Assembly: GCA_017654855.1 (NCBI GenBank)
Contig: CM030332.1
Span: 3,968,001-4,032,000 of the forward strand
Direction of reading: 5' to 3'
DNA from: Podospora anserina
Lineage: Eukaryota
DNA: 64,000 bases
A program made the position numbers and the translations under genes. The notes below the pieces were generated by a model. That model was given only the letters and a program-made list of their open reading frames with translations, searched no databases and was not told the DNA's origin. Positions 48,565 to 63,060 of the stretch are shown one piece after another. How positions within the stretch are numbered: position 1 is the stretch's first letter; the number at the start of each line of letters is the position of its first letter.

Positions 48565-51228
48565 TCAAGCCTTGTTCATATGCTCCAACCGAATCTCCAC
48601 CGCCCGTCTGTGAGCCTCCAGCTCCTCAACCTTAGCCAACTGCATCACCGCCCCTCCCACATTCCTCAGCCCCTCAGCCGTCAGGTTAGAGCTGGTAATG
48701 TGCTTGACAAACGAGGCGAGATTCACGCCAGAGTATTGCTTGGCGAAGCCATAAGTAGCTACGCAAATCCAAAATCAGTATCAATTCCTGTTTGTATCAA
48801 ACCAGGGCAGTAAAAACTTACGCAAAGAGTGGTTAACACCAGCCGAGTAATCACCCACGCTCTCAGGCGTCCACTCCCCAATAAACACACTCCCCGCATT
48901 CATCACCTTCTCCACCGCCTTCTCCGCGTCCTTGATCTGAAGAATCAAGTGCTCAGGCGCATACCTGTTGCTGATCTCCATCGCCTCCTCCACAGTCTTG
49001 ACCTTGACAGTCAGCGAGTGAGCAATAGACCCCCGGACAATGTCCACACGCGGGAGGGCCATGGCCTGGTTGTGAACCTCATCTTCAATAGCAGCGAGCT
49101 GGGCATCAGTCAGGTCAATAGCAATGAGAATGACCTGGCTGTCGACGCCGTGCTCAGCTTGGGACAAGAGATCAGAGGCGACAAATGCTGGGTTGGCGTC
49201 CTTGTCGGCAACAACCAAGACCTCGGAAGGACCGGCGGGCATGTCAATACCGACGCCGGCGTTGGTGTCATTGCTGACGTACATCTTGGCCGCCGTGACG
49301 AACTGGTTACCAGGGCCGAGAATCTTGTCAACCTTGGTCACGCTCTCAGTGCCATAAGCCATGGCAGCAACAGCCTGGGCACCACCAGCGAGGACAATCG
49401 ACTCAGCGCCAACCTTGTGGGCGACGTAAACAATCTCAGGGGTGATGCTGCCGTCGGAGCGAGGCGGCGAGGCAATGACAATCTTCTGGCAGCCGGCTAC
49501 CATAGCCGGTACACCAAGCATGAGCGCGGTGCTGGGCAGAACGGCGGTACCACCGGGCACGTAAAGGCCAACGGCTTCGATAGGGCGAGAGAAACGGCTA
49601 CAGACAACACCGGGCATGGTCTCGACCTGCAACGGCTTCTCGTCTTTTTGAGCGGCGTGGAACTTCTTGATGTTCTCGAATGACACGTCGATGGCCCTGA
49701 TGGTCTCCGCGGGAAGCTGCATCATGGACTCGGGGAACGGCGCCTTGAGTACTGGAGAGGTCAAAGATGTCGCCCTTTCGAACTTGTGAGTGTATGAGAG
49801 AAGTGCCTTGTCGCCATTCTTCCGTACGTCATCGATGATTGGCACAATAATCTTCATGATGGCGTCGGCCGATTTTTGTGATGGTCTCTTTAGGGCCGCA
49901 TCGAGCTCTTGTGTGGTGACTTCACCCGCATCGAGAACCTTCATCAGAATCCTCTCGTCCTTCTTGGGCTCCTCCTTTACTGGCGCTGGTGCTGGTGGCG
50001 CCGCTCCGTTGGTCTCTGTCTTGATGCCCTCCTTTTCAGCCCACCTGCCCTTGGCATCGCCCTGTCTCCTCTTGACCTTGAAGCTCTTGGCATCGAGGCT
50101 CTTTTCAACGTCAGCAAGAGACACACCAGCGGCAACAACTCTCGCCATGGCAAAGTAGATGAGATCCGCGGCCTCGAAAGCAACCTCCTCGGCGGTTTTG
50201 GCATCGCAAAGCTCCTCAGCCTCCTCCATGATCTTCGCCCTCAACAGCTTCTCATCAGAGAAGAGACGAGCAGTGTATGAGCCTTGTGGCGCAGACCGCT
50301 TCCTTGAGACAAGAGTCTGCTCCAGCTTCTTGATACCCTTCAGATCGCCAAAGCAGCCAGACTGCTCCAAGTGACAGAACCGCCCCTTTTGCCGCACCAC
50401 AAACTTGAGCGCATCATTGTCGCAATCCAGAGATATCCGCACAAGCTCCTGAGTGTCCCCAGAAGAAGCACCCTTGTACCACAACCCACGCTTCCGGCTC
50501 TGGTAAACACCAGTCTGTGTCCTGAGAGCCTCACCAACACTCTCCTCGCTGCTGTACACCAAGCCAAGAGCAGTGTCATGCTCATCAACCACCACGGTAG
50601 GAATCAAGCCATCGGCACGGTCTGACTTCCACGAAGCAGCAAGAATCTTAGGAACAGCAAGCTTTCCGGCCTGCTCCTTGCTGGTTACATCAGTCGAGGG
50701 AAGAATAGGAATAGCGCCAACCTGTGCCGCAACACCAATGAACTTTTCGAGGTCAACACCAGCGATAGGCTTGACAAAGAAAGAAGCGATTTTCTTCGCC
50801 TTAGCCTCCTCGACAAACCGCGCAGTCTCGGCAGCGGTGATATCAAAGTCGGAAACGAGAAGGCCGTGCTCAGTGGCAGAAGCCAATTGCGCCGGGTTGG
50901 CGCCAGACACAACAGGGGCTACTCGGGAGCCAAACTCGGCGAAATCGGGAAGCTGTTCAGGGCGGACAAACACCTTGCGAGCGCCAGCGTCGATAAGAGA
51001 AACGACATCATCGCGGGACTCGAGCTGTGTCACGTCGAAAAAGGGCTGGAATTCGGTGTTGTGGCGGCCGAGGAAACGGAAAATCTTCTCATATGTCTGC
51101 GGCTTCACGGTAAAGAAGACAGTTCCCAGACATGAGACTTCCTCGCGGTTGAGCCCCTCCCTCTCTCCTCCGAGCCCCGGCGGGACATTGACGCTGATGA
51201 GGAACGGCAGAGGAAGCGTCGACTCCAT
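48565..51228 (-). CDS. his-3: Trifunctional histidine biosynthesis protein (PRA-CH / PRA-PH / histidinol dehydrogenase)
   Basis: YQSRKRGLWYKG, LDCDNDAL, SYTARLF, EEAEELC, YVPGGTAVLPST, GPGNQFV, DMPAGPSE and EHL. Intron 48759-48821 is followed by PTYGFAKQYSGVN. Confidence 0.96.
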
Positions 51229-51341
51229 TTTTTGGGATTGGTTGTCAGTGTGACGACTACACTATAGGGTGTATGCTGTCGTTATGATGTATGAGAGTAA
51301 GCACAGTGAGAGCCCTCTTTAAGTGAGCGTGAGGCAAAGTA

Positions 51342-51347
51342 TGACTC
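51342..51347. promoter_or_regulatory. Candidate CPC-1/Gcn4 site (TGACTC) upstream of his-3
   Basis: ATGACTCT about 115 bp upstream of the his-3 ATG. Histidine genes are typical cross-pathway-control targets. Confidence 0.45.
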
Positions 51348-51952
51348 TAAAATTGATGCATTATCAAATCGCCAGTTCCCGACCCGCTCCTGCATCGGAT
51401 CCAGTCCCAAGGCATGATTTATGGTGGGGTAAAATCATCCACCTCTTCCCACAGCCACCCCTCCATTACGTAGTGGCCAATTCCTTTTTTTTTTCTGAGG
51501 GTGGGGCAACGGTTGCAACCCCAGAATTAAGCTATGGTCTGTGCTGAAGATTTCCGGATCATTCCAGCCTCCGATTTCACTTGAAGTCTGGGTGGGGCCA
51601 GGGTTGTTCTTGGCCGTCTGTTCGGTGAACCGCATTGAGCAGCTGCAAGCTGTCGCGACGATTCGCGATTCCATGGAGCTGCCGGGAAGCTCTCTCTTTG
51701 ACAACACAACTATTTACCGCCAGTTGCTGTCGCGGACAACTCTCCCAGAAATATCACGACTTCAACGACCCGCGCGCATCAATTATCCATCTACAGCTAC
51801 GCGCTCTCCATCCATCTTACCAGGAACTATCACCAATCTCGAAGTCGAACCAACCGACCCAAGTCACTTACCATCAACCCCAAGAATATCAACCCCTCCG
51901 TAAACAACCACTCAACCCGAATTCCACACACAAGTCGCCCATCCCCCTCAAC

Positions 51953-52732
51953 ATGTCAACCACAGCAGCCCCCCAACCCAACGGCCATCCCCCCGGCTCC
52001 CAATCCCAAACCCTCACCACCACCACCAACCCACCCCAACCCCCCCCTCCCCCTCCCCTCAACAGCAACACCAACCCCCAATCCAACCCCACCGCCCCCC
52101 GCCCCCGCGAGTCCCGCACAATCGAGCTCCTCCTCCTAGCCCAAGGCGTCACAACCTTCGAACCCCGCGTCCCCCTCCTCCTCCTAGACTTCGCATACCG
52201 GCACACCTCCTCCGTCCTCTCCGACGCCCTCCACCTCTCCGCAGACCCTTACACCTCCCACGCCGGCGCCCGCCCCTCCGCCTCCTCCGGCGCGGCCCCC
52301 GTTAACGTAGGGGACGCAGCCATAACCTCCAACGCCGTCCAGCTCGCCATCGCATCCCGCCTCGCCTACCAATTCCGGGGCGGCGCCGCCGGTGGGACGA
52401 GTAAAGACTGGTTGCTCGACATGGCCAAAGAACGAAACAAAATCGCCTTACCTAGGGTTCCGGCGAGTGAATGGGGTTTGAGGCTTCCAGGGGAGAAGTT
52501 TGTCTTGTCTGGGACGGGGTGGGGGTTGAGGGATGTTTGGGCTGGGCAGGAGGCGTTGGAGGAGTCGGATGAGGAGAGTGAGGAGGGGGATATGGAGATG
52601 GAGGATGTGGTTTTGGGAGGGGGGATAACACAGGAAAAGGAGGAGGATGTAGGGGGGGATGGGGTGGAGGGGGGCACGATGGGGGATGTTTTTGGGGATG
52701 AGGCGGAGGATGAGGAGATGGGGGAGGCTTGA
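51953..52732 (+). CDS. TAF9: TFIID subunit 9 (histone fold)
   Basis: [16 protein letters not shown]...[42 protein letters not shown] and an acidic tail. Confidence 0.9.
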   Translation: MSTTAAPQPNGHPPGSQSQTLTTTTNPPQPPPPPPLNSNTNPQSNPTAPRPRESRTIELLLLAQGVTTFEPRVPLLLLDFAYRHTSSVLSDALHLSADPYTSHAGARPSASSGAAPVNVGDAAITSNAVQLAIASRLAYQFRGGAAGGTSKDWLLDMAKERNKIALPRVPASEWGLRLPGEKFVLSGTGWGLRDVWAGQEALEESDEESEEGDMEMEDVVLGGGITQEKEEDVGGDGVEGGTMGDVFGDEAEDEEMGEA

Positions 52733-53261
52733 TTTTCTCTGTCAGGGTTTCACGACATAAGGCATTGATTGAGACGGAGGCAAGAAGGTCGCGGAGGCAG
52801 CAAGACTCAAAGGGAAAGAAGGGGTGGACGAGATGGAAGAGTGGGACGAAATTGGCTTTTATCACAAGCGGGAGATCGACAAGTCTTGTTATTTTACTTT
52901 TGGCAAGTGGTTGGTGCTTTGGCATTTTTTTTGGTTTTTTTTTCCTATCATGAAGAAAGAAAAGCACTTCATCAAAAGGGGGGCTCGGAAATGGCGTTGG
53001 GATGGGTTGAATTGGGCAAAGATATTTGACTTCACTTTCTGTATACTACTACTTCCACTTGGGAGTTGAGAATTATAATTTCACACAAACAGCGGCTCAG
53101 AATCAAGGCTACTGATCATAACACCTATTCCAATACAAGCAGTTGTGCAGTGATGTGGTTGTTATATCCCTTTATGTATTACTACAAACCAACCCAAAAA
53201 CCCAATAATGATAATGATAATGCCTACCAAAAAAAGTCGAATGTAAACCCCCCCTACTACT

Positions 53262-53299
<38 letters not shown>

Positions 53300-53443
53300 C
53301 CGCGCTATGCAACAAACCCCCATCTCTTCCCAAACCCCCAAACAAACAAGTCTGTCTATCACACCAAGAATCCCCCCCTTTAATCCTTCCTCTATATGCT
53401 CTCCCAAAACCACTGTTGCTTGTTGAAACACAACCCTCCCTCA

Positions 53444-55866
53444 TCACTCCTTCTTCTCCGCAACCTCAGCACCAACCATCAAATCGTTAATCCCAGTGAT
53501 AATCTCCGCATTAGTATCCGGCACAGCCGTTTCCTTCCCCTTTTCCTTCTCCCTCTTCTCCTCCTCAAGCTTCCTCTCCACATCCTCCAAAATCCTCTTC
53601 TTTTCCTTTGTGCTCTCATCCATCGGCATCTCCTCCTCACCACCCGCACTATCAACCTCCTCATCCACCGCCTCCTCAAACTCCTCCTCCAAATCCTCCT
53701 CATCATCCCCCTCCTGCCCCCTCTCCTCAAGCGCACTCCTCATCATCCTGTCCTCGTCATAACTCTCACCCAAGTCATCCCCGTATGAATCCCTCGACAT
53801 GTAACTATCCCCCATTCCCTCCCCAATCTCATCCTCATCCTCATCTTCATACTCCTCATCCTCATCATCCATCTCCTCCTCCTCCTCTTCTTCTTCTTCC
53901 TCTTCCTCGCCCTCACCCTCGGTATCACTAGCCGAGAACTCGTCCAGTTCAAGCGGGGTGTCCCTCCAGTACGTAAAATCAGTGTATTCCTCCCCACCGC
54001 CCTTGACAAGCGTGCTGACAGGGGGAAAGTAGTGGTCTACCACCTCGGTCATGTTGACATAGCTAAGCTTCATCTTGTTAAGACTGAGCAGATCGAGCGA
54101 GACCTCCGCGTTGGAGTTGATGGTGAAAATCCTTGTTCTCGGGACGTCGACTGTGCGGTAAGAGATTTGGTCTGTGAAACGGTTGCCGAAGCCGGCGTAG
54201 AAGGGTTTGCGGTCGGGGCCGTAGAGGGAGCGAATATCACGCAGGGTGGACATCTTAAAGATGTGTGGCTTTCGGAGGTAAATCTCGCGACGGAGGGCGG
54301 CCATTGTCCTATCTGGAGACAGAATTGTTGGGCCTCGTGGAAGCTTGTAGCCGTCTTGGACAATACCGGCTAGGTATGCCCTGGTGGTGTCGGCTTGTCC
54401 GACGGAGCGACTCGTCAGGTACATAATGTTGTACCCATTGGCGACGATGTCGGTGTATAGCTTGGCCACACCGGCGTGAGTCCAGTCACGGCCGATCATG
54501 TTCAGCACGTGGCCCAAGGCATCTGACTTGGTGATGGTGCCGTCAATGTCGGAGATGACGACTGGCACCTCGTACTTCCAGAGGTACATGTAGGCCGAGC
54601 AGGTCGCGCGGTTCACGGTGAAGCTCATCGAGTTCTCGCCCGGCTTCAGGTTCAAGGCCTTGAGCTGGTCACTGGTCAACCGCAAGGTCTTGGCGTAGTT
54701 ACGGTTCGGATCACCGGCGGTTGAGGAGCCGGGAGAGCTGGGTGGTGTCTGGATAGACATCTGGCCGAGGTCTGAATCGGCACGTCTGTGGCTTGGTACG
54801 CTAGGTGAAGCTGTCACGTCGCTGCTGTCGCTCTGGTAGCCGGGATCAGAAGCCGCGTCCATGACGATGCCGTTGTCGTTGCGCAGGCTCGATTCCATGG
54901 CTTTCTTCATGGCGGCAGCCTTGGCTTCCTCGCTGCTGTAGATCCAGAGATTTCCGCGCTCATCCACACCAAACAGAGCGCCGATATCGTAGTAGCCGTC
55001 GAGCTCCTCCGAGAGAACCTTGCGAGCCAGAATCTCCGTCTTGATCGCATCTTCCTCGTTGTTTTTGAAGTTGCTCATGTCCAGCATAAGATCTCCTGTT
55101 TCGGTGATATGTGTCTGAATATTCACTGCGGCAAGCTCCCTGGAGAGATTCATGGCTCTCTGCAAAGCCTCGGATGCCGAGAGAGGCGGTGGGCTGTGTG
55201 AACGGTCCGAGTACTTGGGGTTTTCGGGGTCGTCCGAGTCCTCACTGGGTGCCCTCCTAGCCGTCATCCGCAGGACATCATCGCTATGAGGACGCGGTGG
55301 GGACCAGTCGCCAATAGAGGTTCCGGCCTTTCCCAACTCTGGAGAAGCTGATCTTGGTGTGATGAGGCCTGTGTATGTTAGCTACCGAGCAGTGAGCCTG
55401 AGCCTTGCATGTACTCACCATCTCTTTGATTCGGGAGCACGGTCAACGGCGGTCTGCTAAAGCTCGCTGACCGCACTTTTGGATCGTTAAGATCGAGGGC
55501 TTCAGGCTCCCCGAGTCCGGTGGTTTGTTGCGGGCTCAAAGGTGGACTGGAGGCTGGAGAAACGAGGGGAGAGGTCTGGAGACTCTTGGGAATAGTGTCG
55601 CTGGTCTCGAATACAAAGAATGCCTCGCCTCCTTCGCCCAGCTTCATCGAATACGGCTGCTTGACCCCATTGACCTTGAACTCGACCTTCTTCTCGTATG
55701 GGCGCAAGAGCGAGAACTTGCCGAAGCGCACGTGAAAAGGTGAGCAGAGTAGCGATCCGTCTTCCTGCTCAACGACTATTACGTCGATGGCACCGCTCAA
55801 TGTTGCCGGGTTGATCGAGTTCCATGCTGTCGAGACAGAGTCGCTCAGATTCCTGACGTACTGCAT
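53444..55866 (-). CDS. PAH1: Lipin / phosphatidate phosphatase (Pah1/Ned1)
   Basis: NLIP domain (INPATLSGAIDVIVV, SPFHVRFGKF), intron 55369-55418, HAD motif DIDGT, and AGFGNR. Confidence 0.95.
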
Positions 55867-58592
55867 CGTGTCCGGGCTGGCGGGACTGCACCGGCACTGC
55901 TGTCGCTTCCAACAGAACTATATATGTACAAGCGCGCCGGTCGCTGTTGTAACAGAAAATATCCGTGGATGTTTGGTATGGACAAAGGCGAGCAAACAAG
56001 AGGTCAGCTGAAACCGAGCTGAGCTGAGCTGGTGATGGTCCAGACACAGGGCGGCAGGCCGGGTCTGGACTGGGTGATCTCGGTATGCGCGTGGGCTCTG
56101 GAGCTCTGGAATTCTTGCGATATTTGATGAATTGCGTTTGCAACAGTGTCGGAATGGGGAATGGAAGGACGATAGGGAGAAAAGTCGGAGCTAGAATGAC
56201 GAGCTGGCGCACAATGGTATGCGATCCGACGGCCTGACTGACAGAAACCTTGAGCGTAAAGCAGCCGGAGGGGTGGACCGGGTTGGCGGGCTGCTTGGTA
56301 GCACAGAGGCAGAAATACGACTTGGGCACTGAGCACCTGACGTCTACGGAATGCGTTAGGGAGAAAAATAAAAGGCGTCAACGTCGGCGACAGGTCTGCA
56401 GAAATTCGAGGCGGTTCACGAAACAAAAGTCGGCCAGGACAAGAGGGTAGGTAGACAATCACGAGGCCCTCAACAATCCCCCCGGCCGCCGCCCCAAAAA
56501 GCCCCCCCCAGCGCTCACCCGTTCTTGGCCGGGCCTAGCTCAGCGTCGAACCGCGACAAGCGAGGTACTTTGTGGACCACCAAATCTCGCCCAGCGGCTA
56601 AGTATCACATGTGTTCCCACCGACAAACCTCCCCGGAAATTAGGACCCTTGCCATGCTCTCTTTTGAACCACTGCAGAACCCCCCTCGCTGATGTCATGG
56701 CCGATATTCCACCCACCAGAGCGCAATGCAACGCCCAGCAGGGTTCATCATTATGATATGATCCAAGATAAGAGATTTCAAAGACTTTTTGGCATGTGAG
56801 AGTCTAAGGTATCCGTCTCTTGTCCCATTGACTTCTGAAGACTCTGAACACATGCTGAATAAAAAAACACTTTGTACAACTTAGGTAACTACACGGCGCA
56901 GCCCCATTCAACGCGTGGAGGATTGTTGGGGAAGGCAACACAGCATGGTACTACTACAGACTTGTTGTGGAGGGGCGGCACCTGACCAGCCCGCCGGCGC
57001 TGGTTCCGCAGTCTAACGGGGAACAGGCTATTCAATATATTGGCGGTTAAGAGTTGATCCCGTGCGAGATCCAGTCCCGTGGTGTCTTTGTATGCAAACT
57101 ACTCTTTCCATCACCACTGCGTACAGCAGAGATATCTTTCTCAACATACGCTCTAGAGTTGTCCGTTCTCAGTCAGGGATAGATCGGTCTCGCCGAAGCG
57201 AGGCAATCAATTCGGTCAATTCTGCGCCGCGATACGAAGTAAAAAAGCCGAGGCTTGAACAAATTTTCTAGGGCGGGTGGAGAGTTGTATGTCAGATTTT
57301 CGATATAACTGCCTTGTCACCTCACCAAGTTGTTATGCCTTGGCCCAAGAAGTGTCACAACTTGCTTTGTGTTGGAGTGACGAAGTCCAAGTCACTAGAC
57401 TTCTGCACTCCAAGCTTCGTTGATCATGAAGTTGGGGCACCCCGCGCTAACCTCGTTTCTTTCTGTATGCCGAGCTGCTGCATGGAGTAAGCAACAGAGG
57501 CATAGGTCGATTAGAGGTGGACATGTAGACCACTAAGAATCCAGGTATAACCTGGAGACGGCCAACAAGAATGATCGACGGGCCACAGCCGGGACAGAAG
57601 ACTGCCGTCTTGTTGTTTCGAGAGAGGCCCCATTGTTGGCTCCATCAGATGACGCGAAGACTCCGATTCGGAGCAATGGAATGATAGGTGAGAAAGTCAT
57701 GCCGTTGGGAGTCTGAGCTTGGGGCTATCTTGTTGAGATGGCACATAACAGGACATCCTTAGTTGTGCTCGTCGTTAGTCAGATATCAGATCGTTGCTTC
57801 ATGCTTGATACCAGACGGGAAGTGGGCGGCAGATCGCTTTCTTCCCGTTGGGCAGACGTGCTTCTTATCTTTTCGGCGGGAGCAAAATAATTCTTCAAAT
57901 ACCGCCGGCGAATAGAGAGGAAGGTGTTGAGTTGAGATCTTCGATGCAAGTTCCACCTTACCTAGGTGTGCTTAGATAAAGTAAGGTACATAAACGCCTC
58001 ACCGTTGGATCTTTTTAGCGCTCGAAAATAGTGAAAACCAACGCTCGCCAGGTGGTGGCAGCCCGCTAACGCCGGTGCCTGAGTGCCGAAACAGCGTGCA
58101 GCCATGGAAATATCCGCAGTGGGGTGTTTTCGACTGTTTGTCGCAATAGCGATTGGCCACGTCGTCCCTCAGCGCCCGTCGCCCACTAACAAATGGCTGC
58201 CAGTGCCGCATTAACAAACATGTCGCCGCTGAATCGAAGGTCGGGGTCGTGTTCCGGGGATCTGCTGGCTGGGCTGGCCATGCGCGAAGTCCCGGACGTC
58301 CCCAATGTCTCCAATTTTCCATCGTCCATGCACCTGGCAGAGTTGTAGCAACAGGGCCGACTAGCCATTCTCAACGGGGGATGGATACCATTTTGATTTT
58401 TTCTTTTTGGTAGTTTTTGCTTGCCTTTGCTACGCAACCCCCACCCACAGTCACTCCCTTCTACCGTTTTGCGTGCGACATCCACTGATTCCGACGAACC
58501 GACACCGACTTTCGTCTTCCTCTCTCCTCCTCCCTCTCCCTCTCCCTCTCTCCCCCCTCTCTCTCTTCCTCCGCCGAACCGACCACAGCGCT

Positions 58593-61500
58593 ATGTCATG
58601 GATCATCTCCTGGACGTCGCTGATTCCAACACTGCTTATCCTGTCGGCCAGTCTTGCCTGGTGGTTCACCGAGCCTAAGAACGCCCGCATAAATCTGATT
58701 GCGGCTGTTGGAGTGGTTCTTTTCTGCTGGGCCGTCGCTCCCGAGCTGTCGCGCGACCTCTCGTACTCGCTGTACGTGTCCAGCCTCAACTCGGTCACGG
58801 CTCTCCATCTCGAGACTTTTGTTCTGAGAAACGCCAACATGTTGTTAGTGGGAGCTGCTGTAGTCTGGTATGTGGTTATGTGGTTATATGGTCCTGTGGC
58901 TTTGCCCGTGCTGGCTCGTCACAAGGCGCATCTCTTGGAGGAATCGTAGGCTCATCATTTTGTGTGTCCAGGTTGGTGGGAAGGGCATTCCAAACGCTGC
59001 GGAAACCCGTCCCGGAGTTGATCAACACCTTGGGCGTCGATGTCCCCGATCCGCCCGACGTGTCCCTAGCGGGAATCAGAGCCGATGCTGCCACTGTGAA
59101 CTGGACGCGGCCCGCGCCCAACCGATCAGTTGTAAAGTTTCTGATACAAGTAAATGGAGTGGTTGGTATGTATTACCCACACATAGGCCTGGTCGGGAGG
59201 AGGACACAAGCCTAACTTTGAGTTTTGTAGTGGGGGAGGTCGCTGCGAACCAAGAACCGGCCATTGTCGTCAGCGGCTTGAAGCCAGACCATTTTTACAA
59301 CGTTCGGGTCATCGCGGTTGGCTCGAATAACTTTCAGGGTGGAAGCCGAGTCATCCGGCTCAGAACCTTTGCCCGAGATGGACGGCCACAACTCGGCAAC
59401 TCCAGATTGCCATCCAACTTCACAGCCGAGGAACCGCCCGCAACACCCCATGGCGAGTCGATGGACGAAAGCGGAGGGGCCCGAACGGCGTTCCCTGCAC
59501 TCGAGATGGCCACTGTCACGGAAGGGATAGCATCACCTGCACGGGATGGAAATACGAATCCTGGACCAGGGCCCCGTCGAAACACTGTGACTAGGAAACA
59601 CTCGCCGTCGACCACGAGCATCGACCAGTCAACCAGGGAGGACTTGAGCGCCTATGCGAAGAAAACACTGCCGGAATTGACGGAAAAATTCGAGAGCATT
59701 AGAAAAGAAACAGAGGAGGTGCTGGCTCAAATAGCAAAAGAGGAGGCTGAAAATAGAAAGGTGCTGGAGGAATTAGAAGCCGAGAAGAAGGGAAAGAGGA
59801 AGGAGCAGAAGAAAAAGGAGGAGCAAACCGAGAAATTGAAGCGGGATGTGAACTCGACAGACCGGGCGATGCGAAACGCCCTGCAACGAAAGGGCCAGAG
59901 AGAGAAGACGCTGAAGGAGAAGCAAAGTGAAAGAGAAAAGTATCATGAAAATATTGCCAAGTGGGAAAGAGGTGTAGGTGAGATGCGCAAGGACAGGGAA
60001 AGTTTTGATCAGCAGAGGAAAGATTTGGAGGAAGAGCGTGATCAGAAGGCCGAGGCCTTCCGAGGAGATAACAACGAGCTCCAAGCTGAGTGTACACGAC
60101 TGGAGCAAGAATTGAAGGAAAGGAGAGATCAGGTGCGAGAACTGGAAGAGGCCCGGAAGAAACTGCCTGGCGGAGAAGATGACGGCGAGTGGCGTGAGAA
60201 GGACGCCGAACTGAAGCGGGAATGGCACCGCAGACACAGAGAGCTGTCCGAACAACTGGTGTTCGAGACTAAGAGATCTCGAGGACTAGATGAGCATATC
60301 CGCGCCCTTGGTGCTCAGCTGCAGGCTATTCCTCAGCCAAGCTATGGGCTTTATACGCCACCGAACGCTTCGGGATTGGAGTTTGATAACCCAACACTTA
60401 CTCAGCTCAAGCGCCGGAGCCGAAACAGCAACACAATGTCGAATGTGTCTATTTCATCGCCATTGCCAGCCTACTCACAGATCGATCCGATTCTTTCAGC
60501 CCCGACGGGGTTTGCCAGTTCACGATCTCTGAATGCGCCACCTGGTTTTGCCCCAGGACCGTTTATGGACCTGTCCGCAGACATGGACTTTCGGGGGTCA
60601 TCAGCCCCTCTCAGTCCTTCCGCCACGGCACTTTTGCCATCCAACATACTCGATGACTTTGACGACGATGACGATGACCCAAGTCCGACGACCTTTCACG
60701 ATCCTGAGCCATTCTTGCAAAGCCAGCGGGCCTCACCCGAGCAAGCTCCTCAGTCTCCTGCGTCGTCGGGCAAGGCCCTGAGCATCCTGTCCAGCCCTCA
60801 TGGATCCACAAGTAACCTCCCCTTCCCCCCCTTCTCTAACGAAATTTCAGAGAGGATGGTTGGCACTCTGCCATCCCCAACTATAGCCGAAACCCCTCAG
60901 CACAAGGGCTTCTTTTGGCAACGCTCCAAGACTGTCAAGGAAGAGGGGGAGAAAGAGCCACCTCTCCTAGGGAGTTTGAAGCAAGGTCAAAGCCAATCTT
61001 TCCCACGGCAGACAGATGATCCAGACATGGCCAACAAGCGGCGGATCAGCATTTCAGGCAGCTGGAATGTCTTTAACCGAAACTCAGTTGGGCCTGAGAT
61101 CACAGAAGGCCAGGCCACAACAAACACACACGCATTTGCAAGAAGCCTAAACCCCTTTTCCCGTAGGCCTACCGGTGGTCCCTTTGACCGTGACCCCAGC
61201 AGCCCGCGACCTACCAGCATCGCGTCCTCCGACTTCCCCAGACCCTCCACTGACTCAGGCTCCATCTGGGGACCACCCATGGACGCCTCAACCCTAAACA
61301 AAAACAGCCGTCTCTGGTCGCCCGATAACGCCCCCTGGTCCAGGAACCCCTCCCGACGGCCTTCGCTCCATGGATCTCCCTCAGCACTCAAGACAACCCT
61401 CGCCTCGGCCGACGACGAAATTCTCGACGACGAGGAAATGCTTTCCAACGTGGACGTCGGCGTCATCGGCAGCCGGCCGCCGACCCAGTCCGCCAACAAA

Positions 61501-62352
61501 GCCGCCTCGGCCGCGCTCGGTCGGTTGAACCCCAATGCCCCCGCCTTTATAGGATCCCTCTTCAAATCCAACCCTGAAAAGCAGAAGGAGAAAGAAGTCA
61601 AGGAAAAAGCAAAGGCAGAGAAGAAAAAGGCTAATAAGGAGAAGGCTGCCGAGAAGAAGAAGGAGAAAGAAAAGGAGGCTGCGACAGTTCCGGACACGCC
61701 AAGTCAGCAGACGCAGAATCCCATTTTCGAGATGGACTCGCCCGCGGATTCGAGGAAGTCGAGGGATGGAGCCTCGGTTCATACGCTTCACTCGTCGGTT
61801 TCGATCTCTGAGTCCCGCGACTCTCTCACGCTCGACCAGTCATTCTCCAATACACCCTCCGAACCCGCCAGCGCAGGACTTTCAGGCTCATTCAAAGACG
61901 AGGGCGTGGTCCGCAAACTCTTCCGAAAGGGCTCCTCGAGCAAGTTTAGTCTTCCCGGACGTCTTGGCGGTAACAGTGCCAAGGAGAATATCACCAGCGC
62001 TGGGGGTTTGTTTAAGAAAGGACCCAGCAGCGTTGCCAGCACCGCGCCTTCCGACCGCATCGACCCGAGATCTAGCATCGGCGACTTTGAAGACTTGGGG
62101 GATGAAGCGATGGGGGTTTTGGCTGGGGTGTTGGGGAAGAGTTATGAGTGTAGTAGTCCTGGGTTGGGACCTACGTCTGCTGCTGCTGCTGCGAAGGGGA
62201 CGACGAAAGAAGGGGGGACGGCGGCGAGCAGGTGGTTGAGTAGTTTTGGGAAGAAGGGGAAGAAGAATAATGAGAATACCAAGGAGAGTTTTGATTTGGA
62301 GAGGGCGCATGTGGGGGGTGAGTTGGATGGGTTGGTTGAGGAGAAGGTGTAA
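58593..62352 (+). CDS. Membrane-anchored fibronectin type III / coiled-coil protein
   Basis: ATG at 58593 with N-terminal TM helices. Introns 58868-58971 and 59166-59230. FN3-like TVNW...VSGLKPDHFYNVRVIA, a long coiled coil, and a PAM2-like LNPNAPAF. Confidence 0.8.
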
Positions 62353-62411
62353 AAATGGTGCATACTGGCTAAGAGGATAGGGGAAGATGCGACAACCTGG
62401 GTTGTAGAATA

Positions 62412-62414
<3 letters not shown>

Positions 62415-62448
<34 letters not shown>
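62415..62448. repeat. (GT)n microsatellite
   Basis: About 16 GT units seen directly. Confidence 0.95.
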
Positions 62449-62449
<1 letters not shown>

Positions 62450-63060
62450 GAATAGCTTTTGGTTGGTACTGCTGCTGTTCTGTCATAGCGGGGTTGAATA
62501 TCATGTTGTTGAGGATGGTTGTTTAGGGTATGACTGAAGACTGCCTTCAAAATGTGACAAGCTGTCTTTCTATGATGACGGGAAAATCAGAAAGCTCGCT
62601 GGCATGTACACTTTATTTTTGGTTTTGGCCAGATGTTTAAGTTGATATATAAACCGTGAAAGGGAAGATCTTGATGGGATAAGGAATGAGCAGGTGATGG
62701 GTTAGGGGAGGAGCAGGTGTTGGTGTAAGTATGAGGGTTAGGGTTATATAGTGGCTGAAGCTTAACCCCTGTTGATGGGTGGTTGTGGCTGCAGTTTTGG
62801 AGCTTGTTTGAGCAAGTTGGAGTGGGTGAGTGGTTCGAGCGTTCGACTTGGTGGTGGTTCGTCAAGGTTGCGCAGGGAAATACAAGTTCGAAGAAAACAC
62901 CAATTCTCTGCAGTTTGATCTTTTTTTGTTTTTGCCAATTCACAGGGGATCTTGCCCCATAATAAGAGAACACAAGTATTTCAACTGCTGTACCGACCGT
63001 CTGACCCCTCAATCGCCAGAACCTTGACCTCTATCGAGCTCGACCCTCAACAACCCCCCC

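Noticed and set aside
5632-55866. Apparent lipid-enzyme cluster (patatins, phospholipase B, lipin)
   Set aside because: The genes are spread over 50 kb among unrelated housekeeping genes, with no sign of co-regulation.
56000-58500. Long intergenic region between lipin and the FN3 gene
   Set aside because: No tRNA cloverleaf, transposon terminus or convincing ORF was seen; consistent with divergent promoters and UTRs.
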